IMG/VR virus record: IMGVR_UViG_3300033120_000231
Location: 16,781-80,780 of that record
Direction: 5' to 3' (one strand)
DNA: 64,000 bases
Origin: a virus
Lineage: Duplodnaviria > Caudoviricetes
In this document: positions 60,970-64,000 of the stretch, in pieces
Layout: the number at the start of each line of letters is the position of its first letter
Position numbering within the stretch: the first letter of the stretch is position 1
Translations under genes and position numbers: made by a program
The notes under the pieces: generated by a model
The model's database searches: none
The model's input: the letters and a program-made list of their open reading frames with translations, nothing else
What the model was told of the DNA's origin: nothing

Positions 60970-63557
60970 CTCGTATTGTACTATATGCGCACCCATTTGC
61001 ACCAGTATCCCCACAAGTATTTGATGTACCAAGCGTAGCCCAATGGCTGCTTGATTACTATGGTGATACTCCTAACGTCAAGGTTCAGGTATTCTTAGGT
61101 GAACCATCAGCAGAAACTGAGATTACTGAAGATATTCGTGCTCTAGTCAATAGTGATGCGCCTGCATATACGGTACTTCAAAGCCCAGGAACTCCTGGAT
61201 TCCTACTTGTGACACAGATCATTGCTGCTGTAGTGACTATTGCTTCTGTACTACTTACACCCAAGCCAGAGATGCCTAGTAACGTAGCTATGGCTAACCG
61301 TACACAGAGCAGCCCTAACAACGCCCTATCAAGCCGGGAGAACCAAGTACGGATGTATCAGCGGGTAGAGGATATATACGGTACTGTTAAAAGTATTCCT
61401 AGTTTAATGATGCCAACATACAATAAGTATATTGGGCATAAAAAATATGAATATGGGTACTATTGCATAAGTAGGGGTTACTGTGACATAGCTAACCTAA
61501 AGGATGGGGATACTTTGATTGCTGATATTACCGGAGCTAGTGCTGCTGTGTATCATCCATTTACTAGCCCCAATAGTGGTACGCCAGTATTACAAATCGG
61601 TGATGCTATTATTGATGATGTATTGACAGCAGCTCGGGCTATTGAGGTTGATGGTGTTACCCTGAAGGCACTTAATCAAGTGCAACTACCGACAAGCGAT
61701 GCATATAGTTTTTCGACTGCTGGTATTGTGACACAAGCTGCCAAGCAGCCTAACTTCAATGCTGTAGTCAGTAGTAGTGACGATATTATCATTACTATGA
61801 CTGACCAGACGGTTATTGTTACACCAGCGGTATATGATACATCAGACCCGCCTGTATTAATCACTCCTGCGGTTACAACTGCTGTAAATTATAGTGGTAC
61901 TTACGCAGTTAATACAGTAGATGATGGTACGATTACTCTCAGTGGTACTAGCTGGACGTATGACTTGAGTAGTGTTACATGTAGCGTACAAATCAGTGGT
62001 GTATCTGATTATACTAACTGGATTACACTTCCAGACTCTGCACGGACTCAAGTATGGTGCAACATCACTGCACCAAACGGTATGTATAAAGACAACGGTG
62101 GGAAGTCTATAGCTACTGTAGAATTTGATATTGAAATTGAGCAACTGAATGCTACTACATTAGCACCAACAGGTACAGTAGAGACTGTTACAAGTTCACT
62201 ATCTGGCTCTGTGACTGATGAACGTGCAGATACTATTGAACATGTCACAGCATGGACAGGCCCATCTAGAGTTCGTATGCGGCGTACTACCCCTTATGAT
62301 TATGCTTTCAGTGGCACAGTAATGGACGAAATCAAGTGGGCTGATTTATACAGTATCACGCCTATAAGTAAATTACATTTTGGTAATAAAACTACAGTCC
62401 ATACTATTACTCAAGCTACAGCTCGTGCAACAGCAGTTAAAACCAGACAGCTCAATTGTATTTCAAGCCGACTATTACCAACTTACAACGGAACTACATG
62501 GAGTGGTTCTTTTGATGCAACAGGTTTGCATGTATCAGGTACTATATCTGCTACAAGTAAGTTATGTGACATCATCGGAGCAGTTAGTGCTGACCCGAAA
62601 ATCGGTAACTGTAACCTATCCACAACTATTGATATGGCTCAAATCTGGGGGATACAGCAACAATTGGATGCATGGAATACAGTATGTGGTCAGTTTAATT
62701 ATACCTTTGACTCAGACAACACATCATTTGAAGAAACCTTAGTTCTAATTGCTAATGCAGGATTTTGTATTGCTTACCGTCAAAATGGTAAAGTACGTTT
62801 GTCATTTGATAAACTACAGTCCGCGTCTACTGCCCTATTCACGCACCGTAACAAGAAACCAAAGAGTGAAACTATCACTAGAACTTTTGCTAATGACGCT
62901 GACTATGATGGTGTGCAGTTTGTATATGTAGACCCAGTAAGTGAAACAAGTGAAACTATCAGTCTACCTTTAGATGGCAGTGCTACTAAGTACAAGAAGT
63001 TTGAGATTGCTGGGATACGCAACTTCACTCAGGCTTGGTACAGAGCCAGTAGAGAATATGCTAAATTACGTGGCCAACGTGTCAGTATTGAAACAACTAC
63101 GACATTAGATGCTCGTAGCTTATTACCAAATAGTCGCATTGATATTGTTGACAATACTCGCTTCAAAAGCTTTGATGGTGAAGTTATAGGACAGAGCGGC
63201 TTAGAACTAACACTGAGTCAATCTGTAATCTTTACGCCTTCAACAAGCCATAGTATTGTACTAATGAAGAGGGATGGTAGCTTACAGGGCATAGCGTGTA
63301 CAGCAGGCAGTGCACCCAATAAGGTAATATTAAGTAGTCTTCCTACAGAAACTATTGTCACCCAATATGGACAAGATGGTATTCGTACTATCTTTAGCTT
63401 TGCAGCGGATAGTGCTCGTGGGTCTATGGCTTACTTAGTTCAAGAGATTGACATCACCGATCCGCAATATGTCACTCTACGTGCCATTAACTACAATGAC
63501 GCGTATTACGCTGGGGACACTGCTACAGTGCCCTCTAGAAATTCCATCATTAATTAA
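60966..63557 (+). CDS. tail tip / host-specificity protein (gpJ-like)
   Basis: SPNNALSSRENQVRMYQRVEDIYGTV.SIP; 863 aa from ATG 60966. Confidence 0.85.
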   Translation: MTRIVLYAHPFAPVSPQVFDVPSVAQWLLDYYGDTPNVKVQVFLGEPSAETEITEDIRALVNSDAPAYTVLQSPGTPGFLLVTQIIAAVVTIASVLLTPKPEMPSNVAMANRTQSSPNNALSSRENQVRMYQRVEDIYGTVKSIPSLMMPTYNKYIGHKKYEYGYYCISRGYCDIANLKDGDTLIADITGASAAVYHPFTSPNSGTPVLQIGDAIIDDVLTAARAIEVDGVTLKALNQVQLPTSDAYSFSTAGIVTQAAKQPNFNAVVSSSDDIIITMTDQTVIVTPAVYDTSDPPVLITPAVTTAVNYSGTYAVNTVDDGTITLSGTSWTYDLSSVTCSVQISGVSDYTNWITLPDSARTQVWCNITAPNGMYKDNGGKSIATVEFDIEIEQLNATTLAPTGTVETVTSSLSGSVTDERADTIEHVTAWTGPSRVRMRRTTPYDYAFSGTVMDEIKWADLYSITPISKLHFGNKTTVHTITQATARATAVKTRQLNCISSRLLPTYNGTTWSGSFDATGLHVSGTISATSKLCDIIGAVSADPKIGNCNLSTTIDMAQIWGIQQQLDAWNTVCGQFNYTFDSDNTSFEETLVLIANAGFCIAYRQNGKVRLSFDKLQSASTALFTHRNKKPKSETITRTFANDADYDGVQFVYVDPVSETSETISLPLDGSATKYKKFEIAGIRNFTQAWYRASREYAKLRGQRVSIETTTTLDARSLLPNSRIDIVDNTRFKSFDGEVIGQSGLELTLSQSVIFTPSTSHSIVLMKRDGSLQGIACTAGSAPNKVILSSLPTETIVTQYGQDGIRTIFSFAADSARGSMAYLVQEIDITDPQYVTLRAINYNDAYYAGDTATVPSRNSIIN

Positions 63558-63569
63558 AGAAAGAACAAA

Positions 63570-64000
63570 ATGACAGCTATTACTATTACTGACCTCAACA
63601 ATGCTAAACTAGATGTTGATCACATCGCAAACGTAGCAACATCCCTTGAACTAACTGCCACTGATAGACTTGGGCACATAAAAAGCACTCTATCAGCAGC
63701 GGTGGATAGCATCAAGTCATTCAATAACCGAGGAGCGTGGGCTTCCACTACTGTCTACGCCGTGAAGGACTTAGTGAGCGTATTGAGCGGTGGTGTAACA
63801 ACTTGGTATGTGTGCGTTGTGGCGCACACCTCAAGTGCTGCATTTACAACTGACACAGCAAGTAAATGGCGGGTTTATCAGGGGGTAATTGCGGGTGATC
63901 TTGCCGCATCCTCTGGTGCATCACTGGTGGGGTATATGCCTGCGGGGGTTGGGGCGGTTGCTACTACTGTGCAGGGTGAATTGAGAAAAAGCAAGAAAGC
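63570..64000 (+). CDS. tail fibre / tailspike, N-terminal part (truncated by window)
   Basis: Open to window end; GASLVGYMPAG.GAVATTVQ motif. Confidence 0.75.
   Translation, partial: MTAITITDLNNAKLDVDHIANVATSLELTATDRLGHIKSTLSAAVDSIKSFNNRGAWASTTVYAVKDLVSVLSGGVTTWYVCVVAHTSSAAFTTDTASKWRVYQGVIAGDLAASSGASLVGYMPAGVGAVATTVQGELRKSKK

Noticed and set aside
1808-62931. Numerous opposite-strand or off-frame ORFs in the track (e.g. 1808+, 15174+, 47308-, 49029-, 56937-)
   Set aside because: They are shadows of real genes: no RBS, no motifs, and atypical composition.
1-64000. CRISPR array, TIGR-like array, integrase, group I/II intron or stop-codon reassignment
   Set aside because: No regularly spaced repeat-spacer series or Nop-domain gene was seen; core genes are uninterrupted apart from the intein; genes end at all three standard stops.

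Overview
This is a 64-kb segment of a lytic, long-tailed (siphovirus-type) dsDNA phage. It is AT-rich and uses Shine-Dalgarno sites and sigma70-type promoters; a proteobacterial host is inferred. There are four transcription blocks. (1) 1-17.8 kb, minus strand: replication and metabolism, including tRNA-Arg, SSB, a nucleotidyltransferase, a family A DNA polymerase, a primase-helicase with a 288-aa intein, an HU-like protein, dCMP deaminase and two CX5R phosphatases. (2) 17.8-32 kb, plus strand: an HNH gene behind a ~300-nt structured leader, ~45 small accessory ORFs, a SleB-like hydrolase and an insulated early-type block at 29-32 kb that may be a terminal repeat. (3) 32.7-37 kb, minus strand: two DNA methyltransferases, HTH proteins and a helicase-like gene stub. 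(4) 37.2-64 kb, plus strand: PhoH, ClpP-like protease, tRNA-Glu, tRNA-Tyr, terminase, portal, head and tail genes through a partial tail fibre. About ten homing-endonuclease-type elements are present. The strongest unexplained signals are non-coding: a promoter-driven structured RNA upstream of an HNH nuclease, a duplicated 39-nt GC-rich hairpin element, five ~85-93-bp dyad elements, an 18-bp operator-like motif and two structured RNAs flanking the tRNA pair. Others are an A19-U56 elbow swap in tRNA-Arg, a GIY-YIG/HNH chimeric nuclease and a tail-chaperone junction that needs a +1/-2 shift. All calls come from motif recognition and by-eye folding; no database searches or folding programs were run.
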